From positions 352,001-416,000 of the forward strand of contig JBGAHS010000003.1 in assembly GCA_044226015.1 (NCBI GenBank): a DNA stretch of 64,000 nt, written 5' to 3'. Numbering within the stretch: position 1 is the first letter of the stretch; each line of letters starts with the position of its first letter. The DNA comes from Candidatus Obscuribacteraceae bacterium. GTDB taxonomy: Bacteria; Cyanobacteriota; Vampirovibrionia; Obscuribacterales; Obscuribacteraceae. Under the pieces are notes generated by a model. That model saw only the letters and a program-made list of their open reading frames with translations. It had not been told where the DNA came from and searched no databases. Shown here one piece after another: positions 30,299 to 40,485 of this stretch. The position numbers were made by a program, and so were the translations under genes.

Positions 30299-33200
30299 AT
30301 GGCAGACCCAGAAGACGAAGACGAGTTAAACGTTCCGTACTTGCCTCAACCAAGTATGGACGAAGAAGAATCAAAGCCTGCAGTTGCAGTCAAGGACTAT
30401 ATGAGTCCACCAGACGACAAACCGCCGGCACATGATGACACGCCCCCCGAAGACAAGCCGTGGACCGCAGAAGCGAGTCCAGAAGAAAAGCCGTGGGCTG
30501 AGGCAGAAACAGAAGAGTGGCAGCATGGCTCAAAGGCAGCGGACAGGTCACACGATGCAGACTACATTCCAGACGACAAACCCTGGCAAATAGACGAAAC
30601 TCCAGACGACAAGCCATGGCAAGCAGATCGCGACGACAAAGAAAGGTCTGATAAAAGCGACGAGACCGAGGATGGAAAATTTGTTGACGGTTCCACGCTC
30701 GGTGAAGACCATTCGCGAGCCGCTGCAGAAATTGATGACGCAAGCTTCGACACCGATGAGCAGGACTTTCTCGAAAACGGCATAACACTTGCAAATGAAA
30801 TTAGCGCATCCCAATTTTACGCAAACGAATCGTCTTCTGATGTAAGCCAAACAGAGATTCAGACCGCTGCTAGCAAGGTGCCAACTGATGAGGCAACCCT
30901 TCACTTGCAAGCACTGCTAGACACAGTTGGTAGCGCAGGACTTGGCGAAACTTTTACACTGCCCGAGCCTGAGCCGCTTGAGCTTGAGGAAGGGAGCTCA
31001 GAACCCGAAGCACAGCCAGAAACCGAAGCAAGTACAGAAACAAATGATGACTCAGGCTCGAACATGAGCCTGAAAAAAAACGCACCACGAAGATTGCATA
31101 GAGGACGCATCCATCGTCATAAAAAAGGCGGCAGCCACTATCTTGACCCCGAAAAACCGAAAATTAAATCAGACTATGATGACGACGAGGAAGAACTCGC
31201 TGAACAACCAGTGCCCCTGAAAGACCTTGCAGCAGCTCTAGCGGGGCTGCATAGCGGAGAGTTCGCAGACGACGACAATGAAGCACAGCAAGAGCCAGAG
31301 TCCGCAACGGAAGATTTAGCTTCTGAAGAGCTTGATACTGAGTCGAAAACTGAAACAAAAACTGAGACAGCAAGTTTTTCCAAAGCAGAATTTGAATCAG
31401 TTGAAGTCGACGAGAGTTTTGATTCCGTGCAGAGCACGAATGTCCTTGAATATGGGGCAGAAACTTCAGAAACAACGGTAGCCAGTGATGAAGAAGATGC
31501 AGTTGCATCTTCTCCCTTTGCTATTTTTCAGGCGTTCGAATCCACCGACCCTGATCTCACAGACGACACCACCTATGATACCAACGAAGAGCCAGCAGAC
31601 TTCGCAAGTGCGCTGGCTGCATACAACGTCGCCCCTGCCGAGATACCCAAACAGCTTCCGGATGAGAGCCCCGCAGATGAAGAAGACAGCAATGAGGCAG
31701 CCAGGCAAAACACCAGCACAGGCGAATATGCCAAAATAGCCAACGACCTTGACACACTTGCAAAAGAGACAGGTCTTGAGCAACAGGAAAACGATGACCT
31801 TGTTTTCATTCCAGGGGCAGCCAGCGGAAAAACAGAGTTTCGAACGCAACCCTCCACAAAACCATCCGCACAAACCATTTCAAATAAGGTTTTCACAGAA
31901 GACCAATCAAGCATCGAACTCGAGGAATTTGAATTCGTTCAATCTCCGCAACGCTCACAGTTTGAATTAGGATTCAAGCTTGAAAAATCGATAAGCATAA
32001 TCGACACAAAGCCAATTTGGCGAGCCGCTATCGAGGCTAACGTCGCACTTCCCCCAGCTTATTCTTTGGAATATCTGGAAGACCTCAGTGTAATGCTGCC
32101 AGACTCAGACCAAACAAGCATCGGAGAATTCGGACGCTCGACAGGTCTAATGGGCAAAGACCTGAACTCATATTACGAAATTGTGTTTTTGAAAGCAACA
32201 AGAGAGTCCCAGGCAGAGCAGGCTCTCGATGGCTTGAGATTCGAAGTGCTCAGTGGCAAAAATCATGAATCACTAACTGTTTTGCAGGAGTTACTCTCAA
32301 TACAGTTTGCAATAGACCTCGCCAATGCCAAGAAAGAGTCCGACTCGCAGAAAGAACTTGAATCTCTATGCAGACTCTGCTTCCTCGACAAGAAAACAAA
32401 AACAGCGACGGAATTGGTTAAAGAGCGAAGAGACGACGAGGACTCCTTTGAGTTTCTTGAAACTGCGCAACTGTCCATGCGTCAACATTTCATTCAGGAC
32501 AACATCGACGCCATCACCGCATATGGTGCGTTCTTGTCTCGCTCTGTTGACCTCATAAAAGAGCAAAAGCAGGCACAGCGGCTTTCTGCGATAAAAGTAA
32601 TTGAAGACAGCGGTGCAAGATTACTCTCAGCAGTGGGACGAGATGATTTCATCCAACTTAGCAGAAAGCTGAGATCAATTTATGCCATTTTGTTTATCGA
32701 AGAGACTGATTCTCCTCGTGCTGCTTCAGCTCAGGTTCGCAACCTGAGACAGCTCAATGAAATTGACAAGAATGCAGCAAACTATCTGGCACACATTGAC
32801 AAACAAATTCAGGCGCAACCTGGAATCGGTCGTCTCTCCAGCATCGAAACTGACTTATCTCTTGGTGGAATGCAACCGCTCAAGCTTCTGCGTCAATGCA
32901 TTCCGGACATCAGCGCTGAGCTTGACGCCTTGCGTCTCGAACAAATCAGAATGGAACTCAATACGGAGTCAAATTCGTTTGAGTTTGAAATTGCAAGCAA
33001 CAAACTTGAAGACGAGCTGCGCCACGCCAACGAAGCAGCCACAGCAGAACTGAAATGGACACGCACAGGCACCACCGTTAAGCGGCTGAGCGAGGCGATT
33101 AATTCCCGAAGCCTTTCAGACATGGAATCAGTCCGAAAAACAGCTGAGTCCATAAAAGGCGAAATGGATAGGTTGTGCCAACTTTTTTACTCAAACAATC

Positions 33201-36200
33201 CGCACGCACGAAACTCTCTGATAGCAATCATAATGTTTCTTGCAGAGCGAAAGGTGCAGCAACTGTGGCGTCAGGAGCAAGAGCTCTTACTGCCAGAGTT
33301 GCAACGGCTTTCAACGAAAGAGCTTTCCATACTCGCAGAGCATTCCGCACTGGTTCTAAATGAAGCCCAGAAAGCCAACCTCGACAGCTTTAAGCTCAGA
33401 GCCAGCGAAGCCCGAGGACTGATAAGCGCTCTAACTGCATGCAATATGCGCAGAGACACCCCTGTTGAGCAGGCTATTCTATCCATTTTCATGACAGGGT
33501 TTAAGGGACTCAGCCGTTCAAACCTGATTGATGCTTTGCTCTCAGGCGAAGTCTATTTGATGAGAGACAATGCTCTATTTGAAAGCCTCTTAAATGAGGC
33601 AGCCGTTGACGGATTCACCAGCTCACAAATGAAGCAGGTTGGAGCGCTAGCTAAACGATGCGTGCAATCAGCAATCGGCTTGCTCAGCTCGATAGTCAGC
33701 GGCGCTCTCGATGTGGGGCAAGCCGTAAGCGCCCTCGAACACTTACAGGACGCTGCAACACTCGAAGACAACCGACCAACAATCATCAAGTTACTCCTCG
33801 ATGAATATCATAAACATGGTGATAAAGCACAACTGCTCGCTATTTTAGGACAGATAGCATCAGCTGAGAATAGCGTTGACGATGCTGTTGTAGAAGCCAT
33901 TCGCCTGGCATTTGAGAAATCGGCAAAGAGTCCTTTTACAGCCCAATATAAAAGCGCTTCAAAAGGTTTCCTCAGTGTTGCAAAATTCTGGAAGGAGAAA
34001 GAGTTAGTTACACTCTGCGCCAACTTGCGATTGGACTTGCTGAAACCAATTGCTGACGTCGCCCCAAATCTATCACAAGAGGTCTGCGACGACTTACTGG
34101 CTAGACAACATGAAAGCCTGGTCCGAGGAAAAGCTGACGAGAGATTGATTGCGATTCAAATTATTGCTTCACTGCTGAAGTATGCTAGCCACTCGCGAGG
34201 AAGAGAGCTAGCAAGAGACCTTGAGTTCTTCCTCAGCCCGAGGGGAGAGTCAGAACTTCAGCGAATCGGCTTATTGACAGAAAAGCTGGGACGATTTTTA
34301 GAACTGGCAAACCTTGCGCTCAATGATTTGAGTAACGTAAAACAAGACCCCATACTCGCCCTCGAGGCTTCTACCAAGGCAATCGGCATTGTTCCATTTG
34401 AAGCAAGCAGAGCGTTAGACGAAGCGGCTACCAGTTCTGCTGATTCTTTGAATTCCACGAATCCAAACCATGCTGAAGTGCGACGCATGTACGAGAGCAA
34501 GTTGCAGCTGCGCTTCATGAACACTTCTGAGTTGAAGAAAGCATTGGCTCTTCCAATGGAAGACCGTAGCACAATGGAGTCGATGCTTATTGATGGAACA
34601 CTCAGTGCAGAATCGTTTTCATTTTTGATTGAACAAGAGCATTCAGTACTGGCAAATCTGTTTAGTGTTCCACCGCGAATCTGCTCGAACGTATTGCTTC
34701 CCGCTCTTTCGCAGCAGATTATCAACCCGTCTATTCTGGACAAAATTGTTCATCTGCCAGAACCACAGAGACAATCAACCTTAGATTTCGCCTCAAAAGC
34801 TCTCAGTGACTCGCGACGTTTTACGCAAGAGCACTTCACTTTATTTATGGCGCTTCCGCCGGCTGCGCAAATTGAGTTTTCAAAAGCTATCGAAAGCAGA
34901 GATGCAAATGACGCGGTACTCACGGCTGATGAGATAAGGGAAGTACTCTCAACTCCCTCAAGAATGGTTTCTGGACGTAGCGTAAGCGACGCAGGCGTCT
35001 TAATCAATTCTATTCAGAAGCGCATTCTGACGATAGAACAGGTTCATCAGTTCAATGAACTGGGGGACATGGCTCGCGCTGGGCTCTCAGGCATGTTAAA
35101 GGCTGAGATTCTCGATGGCGAGCTTACCTCGATAATTCTGCAACGTGTCAAAGCGGAACAGTGGACAGATTCAAATTTACGCGATTTAGGCGTCGCTGCG
35201 CTCTTGGGCTGGCTTCCACAGGGCTTTCTTAAGGAGTTTCTCCACGAAGATGTCACTCTGCAGACCGCTCTTTTTGAAAGACTGGCAAACGAAACACCCC
35301 AAGGCAAGCCAGGCGGGTTCTCCTTACAGGCTTTCCTGCGTCGACTCCGCAACATAAACGAATGGGTAAAGCATGGACTGCTCAATAAGGCAGGTATGAC
35401 ACTGTTGAGCAAAGCCCACGGCTCTGACCTCATTCTGATGAGCATATTGGAACACCAATCGCAAGAGCCGGCAGAAGAGAGAATAACTCCCGAAATTATT
35501 CTCCAGGTAATAATGCAGACCCGAGCAAACAAAATCGCACCCGACGTACTTGAAGCTTACCGTCTGTCACTCGAAAGAGGATTTCTAAATAAGCAGACAT
35601 TCAAATCTTTGCTTGGTCAGCTCGCTGAACAAAGAAAGGCTGGCGACCAGCTCTTGAAACTCACACCCGAAACGTTTGCTGATTTAGCACGCGACGGACG
35701 CTATCGCGATATGCCGAAACTTGTAGAACATATTCCAGTGCCGTCGAGAATGGTCTTTTCGGACACTTATGCAGTTGATGGAAAACTGGGAAGCCTCGAC
35801 CCTGAGGACTTCGCCGTTGAGACAAGAAGCATCATCAGCTCATTTGTAGAGCCCGTAAAAAATGGTGATACAGCCACAGCAATTCGCGATCTCGTAGCTC
35901 GCACTGAGTCACGCGAAGTGCAACGCGACTTGGGAATTATGTTAGGTATCGTCTGGCAAGATACGGAAATTGAATTCAGCAAGCTGAATGACATGGAATA
36001 TCTTGAGTCACTAAAACAGGAAATCATAGAACAAAACAAATTTGCCCACGAACACCAAAAACCCGAAGCAGAAGCAGTCTACGTTTCTGCTCTGGAGCCA
36101 ATTATCTGCATTCAAGACAAATACAAATTCAAGTTGCGAAACATAGACTCCATTTGGGAAGATGGACACTGGAGAGCCTGCAGCCCTCAAGAGCGTAATT

Positions 36201-39200
36201 ACCTTGAGAGTATCTCTCGCACCGAATCATGTTCTGCCTTATTTGCCAAAATAGGACTGCAACTCTGTCTTGATTGGTTGAGCAAAGAAGCTGAGCTAAA
36301 AGCAAAGGCTGCCGAAGACAGATCTCCAGTTAGCGTGAAGAATCTATCTGCACGCAATTTCAATTCAATTTTAGAATCAGGTCACTCGACTGTTTACTTC
36401 CCAAATGGCATGGCTGCTGAAATCAGCGTAAACCGCGAATCATTTGAAGCCCTTGAAAGTGCTTTCAACATGTACATGTCTTCATTGCGCAAAGCGAGCA
36501 AGAGTCGAGGGCGCAAACGCACAGCTGCAATGAACGAACTTCTGAATGAGTTTGAAAAGAAGGTGCCAGCATTGCTCGAGGCTTGTGGAGTCAAACTGCT
36601 AAGAACGACCAACACACCATATCTGATACCAATATACAAAATTGAACTTTCTCAGTATTACCTGCCGCCTGCTAGCAATTCACGAACACAACCCATAAAT
36701 CTCAACTTGCAGCAGGGTTTGCGAAGATTTCTGGCAGAGCACGCCAGCGGCAAATTCATATACGACGAGCTAGCCCGAGTCAAATTCAGTGGCATCACAC
36801 CTAAGTATGACCCGGTTCCGCCCGGAAGAAAACCAACTGCTATCAACCCAGCAGACCAACGAACATTGACCGAAAAGCAGAGAAGCGCAGTTGCAAACGC
36901 CATTCTCAACGACTTCTCCGGCTTATACCAGAATTGCTACACCGCGCCAGAAAATGACACTATAAGCGCCAAATTGGAAATGTGCATCCTAAAAATAGGA
37001 GCCGGTCGCAACAGTGCTGAAGAAGCATTTGATCGCGCTGAGCAGTGGTCGCATCTGATGTATTTCCTCAACGACTTCTCCCCTCTCTCTCAAGGCGGAC
37101 AAACGATCTCCGACCTTTATGATGCCGGCGAATTCAATGATATGCATTGCGATCGAGATACTTTGCTAATCGAGAATGATTACATTCAAATGATGCAAGA
37201 ATTCGGAATAGTGCCTGAACGCTGGCAATACGAAGTTCACGGGTTCTATCGTGATGAGGTCGATGCGCGACTCAAACGTGACCCATCCGAATATTTAGGC
37301 GAAGAAGGGCTGCTCGAAATCGCTGCCAATGATGTCGAAGAGCCGACTGAAACATTTGCCCGGGGCGAATCAGTTTTGTACAACGACGAGGACTATCGGG
37401 TCATCGCGCGCGTTGCTGGGAAGGTATTGTTGAAGTACGAAGGTCGCGCAAGAGAGCCATTGCAGGCGGCTCCGATGCAAGTTTCCAGCATGGAACTCGA
37501 AAGCAATTTCACAGCCGTGCAACCAGGCAATTCCATACACTTCCTGAGCAACAGCTCTAGTGACACAGCCATCTATGTATTGAGCAGTACTGATAAGGGT
37601 CAGAAACTTCTGCATACTGACTCAAGTTTGCGTTTTGTTCAAGCTGATTATGTTACTCCAGCCAACCCTAACGATAAGAACAAGAGGTCAAATCGCGAAC
37701 TCAGCTTTGCACCGGCACACTTAGCAAGAACCGCAAGAAAGCTCTTCGATTCCTTCAAAGAATACGGCATTATTGTCCAGGGAAAAGGCACAGCCCTAGC
37801 CGGTAAGCAGGAAATTCTCGGTAAGGGAGTCGATGCAAACATAAAGATTCAAGATGAGTCCGATCAGGTAAGTGATCGCCACCTGCAAATCGTAGTCACT
37901 ACAAAAGGCATCTCGGTTCAAGATTTGAATTCTGCAAGCGGAACATTCCTGAATTGGAAGAAAGTTCGCCCTTACGACACGCTACGGCTTCGCACATGCG
38001 ATCAGGTAAACATCGGCTCTTTCGATGGTCCTGAGCTTAAGCTTTTTTGCAAGCCGAGAGAAACTTCCACAGGTCGAAACTATAAGGTGGTGGTGGGCTC
38101 TAAAATACTCACACCCGACCGCGCACTGACTATCGGTAGAATTCCGACCGCAGATGTTTTCGTATCGTTTCCAACCATCAGCCGAATTCATGCCACCATT
38201 CGCATGGATGCCGAAGGGAAAGTTATTATCAAAGATGGTGCGGCACAAGTCCCTTCAAGCAGCGGCTTAGTCGTTAACGGAAAACAGCTCATTCCAGGCT
38301 CGGAAATAGAACTGCATCCGGGTGACGCAGTGACTACACGCACAGGAGTAGAGCTTCCTATCAAGTTCGTCGAGAAAACAAAAATTGCACTTGAGGATGA
38401 AAGCGGTAACATTCCTCGGCGTTTTCCGATCAAAAATAGCTCGCTGCGAGATATGTTTGCAGGCGTTGATTCGCGACATGGAGTGTACACGATGCGATTG
38501 CGTGTCATTCAGAACCTCACAGAAATCAGCAATCAGCTCAGCGAAAAGACGGTTGCAGAGCCAAGGAGAAGGCGCTTTACCGACGAGGAAGAGGAGAAGC
38601 CAGCGAAAAATTACAAGCTAAAACACCTCGACAAAAAGATGTTGTCAGAAATGCAGCGAATAAGCGAAAACAAGAGTAAGCTTCAGGAAATTCGCTCGAC
38701 AAAATCAATTTTGCTTGCACGTGGCTCACTGAGCGAAGCAGCTCTCGCCCAGAGCAATGCACACGCTGAAGCCGCTTCCATTACGGAGAAATTGGAAGAT
38801 GGATGGTGCAATGCCGGCAGGGGAGTTTTGTTTGACAAAACGGGGAAATTCTCAGCCGATGGCAGAATTGCCACCGCAGTCAATCGCGGTCAAGACCACG
38901 TTCTGCGTGGGGTAATAGATGACGCGAAGCGCCGTTTTGCGTCTCTGCTTCCGGAGGCGCGCTCACAAGCATTGATGGAATATGTTCGCGAGCTTTTGAC
39001 TCCTCGCGACATGACACCAGACCAGCTAGACCAGTGGTATGACCAGTTCTGCCAGGACCATGCAGGCATGCGTGTTTTGCTCGGTGAATTCATCAAAGAA
39101 GGCAAAGGAATAGCAGCTCAGCAAGCAGCACTTTTGAAGCTATTAGCCGATCAATTCGACGACCTGCAATGCAAATTGCTGCGAGGTATGCACGGCAATC

Positions 39201-39682
39201 ACAGCTGGACGACATTTACCTTCGATGGTGTCGAGTATATCCACGACCCCAGAGTAAGATTTATTAGCCCCATCGCGGGCGAAGAAGGCGCCGAAGCTAA
39301 AGCGAAGCACTGGATTCCCGATGCTGAAGAAGCATCAACGGCAAGCCCCGAGTTGCGGCTCGGCAGCCTTGTGACTTTTGATGGAACGAACGGTTGGAGA
39401 GTAGTAAGTATCGAAGTTGGCAGCGACGAAGTGACAATTGGCGCCACTGGAACTCGGCTAGTTAGCAGCGCCGACCTCGTACTAGCCAACCCGGGGCGCA
39501 CACTCGTTCTCGGCGACAGGTACAACATTCCTCGACCTGATGGCATGCTTGATCAGGGGCTGAACACGTGGATAATGCAATCAATTACTCGCGACGGAAA
39601 TCTGCGCATGATTAGACCAGCCTCTATTCAAATTCGGGTCAAGAAAAGCATGGTTCGCCCAATTAAGCGCTCAATTAAGTAA
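30299..39682 (+). CDS. Giant 3127-aa protein: acidic disordered N-terminus, helical core, two FHA domains, EDR1/transglutaminase-like domain
   Basis: FHA motifs LGK..VSDRH..DLNSASGT and IGR..ISRIH; LGEFIKEGKG.AQQAALLKLLAD..LLRG..HSW..IHDP. Confidence 0.8.
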   Translation: MADPEDEDELNVPYLPQPSMDEEESKPAVAVKDYMSPPDDKPPAHDDTPPEDKPWTAEASPEEKPWAEAETEEWQHGSKAADRSHDADYIPDDKPWQIDETPDDKPWQADRDDKERSDKSDETEDGKFVDGSTLGEDHSRAAAEIDDASFDTDEQDFLENGITLANEISASQFYANESSSDVSQTEIQTAASKVPTDEATLHLQALLDTVGSAGLGETFTLPEPEPLELEEGSSEPEAQPETEASTETNDDSGSNMSLKKNAPRRLHRGRIHRHKKGGSHYLDPEKPKIKSDYDDDEEELAEQPVPLKDLAAALAGLHSGEFADDDNEAQQEPESATEDLASEELDTESKTETKTETASFSKAEFESVEVDESFDSVQSTNVLEYGAETSETTVASDEEDAVASSPFAIFQAFESTDPDLTDDTTYDTNEEPADFASALAAYNVAPAEIPKQLPDESPADEEDSNEAARQNTSTGEYAKIANDLDTLAKETGLEQQENDDLVFIPGAASGKTEFRTQPSTKPSAQTISNKVFTEDQSSIELEEFEFVQSPQRSQFELGFKLEKSISIIDTKPIWRAAIEANVALPPAYSLEYLEDLSVMLPDSDQTSIGEFGRSTGLMGKDLNSYYEIVFLKATRESQAEQALDGLRFEVLSGKNHESLTVLQELLSIQFAIDLANAKKESDSQKELESLCRLCFLDKKTKTATELVKERRDDEDSFEFLETAQLSMRQHFIQDNIDAITAYGAFLSRSVDLIKEQKQAQRLSAIKVIEDSGARLLSAVGRDDFIQLSRKLRSIYAILFIEETDSPRAASAQVRNLRQLNEIDKNAANYLAHIDKQIQAQPGIGRLSSIETDLSLGGMQPLKLLRQCIPDISAELDALRLEQIRMELNTESNSFEFEIASNKLEDELRHANEAATAELKWTRTGTTVKRLSEAINSRSLSDMESVRKTAESIKGEMDRLCQLFYSNNPHARNSLIAIIMFLAERKVQQLWRQEQELLLPELQRLSTKELSILAEHSALVLNEAQKANLDSFKLRASEARGLISALTACNMRRDTPVEQAILSIFMTGFKGLSRSNLIDALLSGEVYLMRDNALFESLLNEAAVDGFTSSQMKQVGALAKRCVQSAIGLLSSIVSGALDVGQAVSALEHLQDAATLEDNRPTIIKLLLDEYHKHGDKAQLLAILGQIASAENSVDDAVVEAIRLAFEKSAKSPFTAQYKSASKGFLSVAKFWKEKELVTLCANLRLDLLKPIADVAPNLSQEVCDDLLARQHESLVRGKADERLIAIQIIASLLKYASHSRGRELARDLEFFLSPRGESELQRIGLLTEKLGRFLELANLALNDLSNVKQDPILALEASTKAIGIVPFEASRALDEAATSSADSLNSTNPNHAEVRRMYESKLQLRFMNTSELKKALALPMEDRSTMESMLIDGTLSAESFSFLIEQEHSVLANLFSVPPRICSNVLLPALSQQIINPSILDKIVHLPEPQRQSTLDFASKALSDSRRFTQEHFTLFMALPPAAQIEFSKAIESRDANDAVLTADEIREVLSTPSRMVSGRSVSDAGVLINSIQKRILTIEQVHQFNELGDMARAGLSGMLKAEILDGELTSIILQRVKAEQWTDSNLRDLGVAALLGWLPQGFLKEFLHEDVTLQTALFERLANETPQGKPGGFSLQAFLRRLRNINEWVKHGLLNKAGMTLLSKAHGSDLILMSILEHQSQEPAEERITPEIILQVIMQTRANKIAPDVLEAYRLSLERGFLNKQTFKSLLGQLAEQRKAGDQLLKLTPETFADLARDGRYRDMPKLVEHIPVPSRMVFSDTYAVDGKLGSLDPEDFAVETRSIISSFVEPVKNGDTATAIRDLVARTESREVQRDLGIMLGIVWQDTEIEFSKLNDMEYLESLKQEIIEQNKFAHEHQKPEAEAVYVSALEPIICIQDKYKFKLRNIDSIWEDGHWRACSPQERNYLESISRTESCSALFAKIGLQLCLDWLSKEAELKAKAAEDRSPVSVKNLSARNFNSILESGHSTVYFPNGMAAEISVNRESFEALESAFNMYMSSLRKASKSRGRKRTAAMNELLNEFEKKVPALLEACGVKLLRTTNTPYLIPIYKIELSQYYLPPASNSRTQPINLNLQQGLRRFLAEHASGKFIYDELARVKFSGITPKYDPVPPGRKPTAINPADQRTLTEKQRSAVANAILNDFSGLYQNCYTAPENDTISAKLEMCILKIGAGRNSAEEAFDRAEQWSHLMYFLNDFSPLSQGGQTISDLYDAGEFNDMHCDRDTLLIENDYIQMMQEFGIVPERWQYEVHGFYRDEVDARLKRDPSEYLGEEGLLEIAANDVEEPTETFARGESVLYNDEDYRVIARVAGKVLLKYEGRAREPLQAAPMQVSSMELESNFTAVQPGNSIHFLSNSSSDTAIYVLSSTDKGQKLLHTDSSLRFVQADYVTPANPNDKNKRSNRELSFAPAHLARTARKLFDSFKEYGIIVQGKGTALAGKQEILGKGVDANIKIQDESDQVSDRHLQIVVTTKGISVQDLNSASGTFLNWKKVRPYDTLRLRTCDQVNIGSFDGPELKLFCKPRETSTGRNYKVVVGSKILTPDRALTIGRIPTADVFVSFPTISRIHATIRMDAEGKVIIKDGAAQVPSSSGLVVNGKQLIPGSEIELHPGDAVTTRTGVELPIKFVEKTKIALEDESGNIPRRFPIKNSSLRDMFAGVDSRHGVYTMRLRVIQNLTEISNQLSEKTVAEPRRRRFTDEEEEKPAKNYKLKHLDKKMLSEMQRISENKSKLQEIRSTKSILLARGSLSEAALAQSNAHAEAASITEKLEDGWCNAGRGVLFDKTGKFSADGRIATAVNRGQDHVLRGVIDDAKRRFASLLPEARSQALMEYVRELLTPRDMTPDQLDQWYDQFCQDHAGMRVLLGEFIKEGKGIAAQQAALLKLLADQFDDLQCKLLRGMHGNHSWTTFTFDGVEYIHDPRVRFISPIAGEEGAEAKAKHWIPDAEEASTASPELRLGSLVTFDGTNGWRVVSIEVGSDEVTIGATGTRLVSSADLVLANPGRTLVLGDRYNIPRPDGMLDQGLNTWIMQSITRDGNLRMIRPASIQIRVKKSMVRPIKRSIK

Positions 39683-39692
39683 TCATCAAACG

Positions 39693-39720
39693 AAAAGGGA
39701 CCGAATCACTTCGACCCCTT
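39693..39720 (-). terminator. Rho-independent terminator of zinc-ribbon gene
   Basis: Minus strand AAGGGGUCGAA-GUGA-UUCGGUCCCUUUU (GNRA loop, GU pairs). Confidence 0.65.
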
Positions 39721-39779
39721 CTTAACTCAGCTCTACTTCTTACGCGATGTCTATATAAGAGATCGCAGCGCCTTAGAAA

Positions 39780-40097
39780 TTATGTTTCGCCGTAAGCGTG
39801 ATCATCACGATCAGAACTTTCAGCCGGCAACGGATCTAGACCGAGGAATGCTCGCCAGAAACTTCCGCCGCCACCAGTCTGCGCTGCCTGGGCTTTGCGC
39901 GCGGTGCTGGCAGTGTTGCTGCTAACTGAACGGTTCGTAACGGTGTTCGAAACTGTATTTTGAACAGGCTTCGGAGCTGACGGCGCCACGCCTTCCGGCT
40001 TACGCGTCATCTGCAATGCATAGCCACAAGTAGGACAAATTGACTTAACCATGGTCAGTCTAAATTTACATCTGGGACAAATCTGTTGTTGCTGCAT
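39780..40097 (-). CDS. Small zinc-ribbon protein
   Basis: CPRC-x10-CPTCG at N-terminus. Confidence 0.75.
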   Translation of the reverse strand: MQQQQICPRCKFRLTMVKSICPTCGYALQMTRKPEGVAPSAPKPVQNTVSNTVTNRSVSSNTASTARKAQAAQTGGGGSFWRAFLGLDPLPAESSDRDDHAYGET

Positions 40098-40198
40098 TGT
40101 GAATTCCCGGAGCGAGTTGTAAAGCTGTGAATCTACCAGATCACTATTCCCAATTCTGGCATATTAATGTTAGCCTCATGTTAACTTACTAGCAAATC

Positions 40199-40420
40199 AT
40201 GACAAGACACATACTAACCTTCGAAACCATATTCAAAGTGCTTTCAGCCGATAAGTACCTGCGAGAGCAAATAAAATGTCGTACTGTTCCAACGCCTAGT
40301 GGACTTTCCAGCTCAATCTGCGCGATTTCCGTGGAACTTCTCGACCCTTCTCAAGAGGACTCAGCTCTGCAAATATTGGCCGCACACAAAAATTCACCGC
40401 AAGGAATTCATCGAATTTAA
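40199..40420 (+). CDS. DUF3343 family (putative Se/S carrier-like) protein
   Basis: ILTFET..VL.A...L....VPTP..LSSS.C pattern, 73 aa. Confidence 0.7.
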   Translation: MTRHILTFETIFKVLSADKYLREQIKCRTVPTPSGLSSSICAISVELLDPSQEDSALQILAAHKNSPQGIHRI

Positions 40421-40485
40421 GTGTCTCAGAGTATCAAGTATATGTAACTTGAAATGTACTGGCACCATCTGTAGTGGCACGACCA

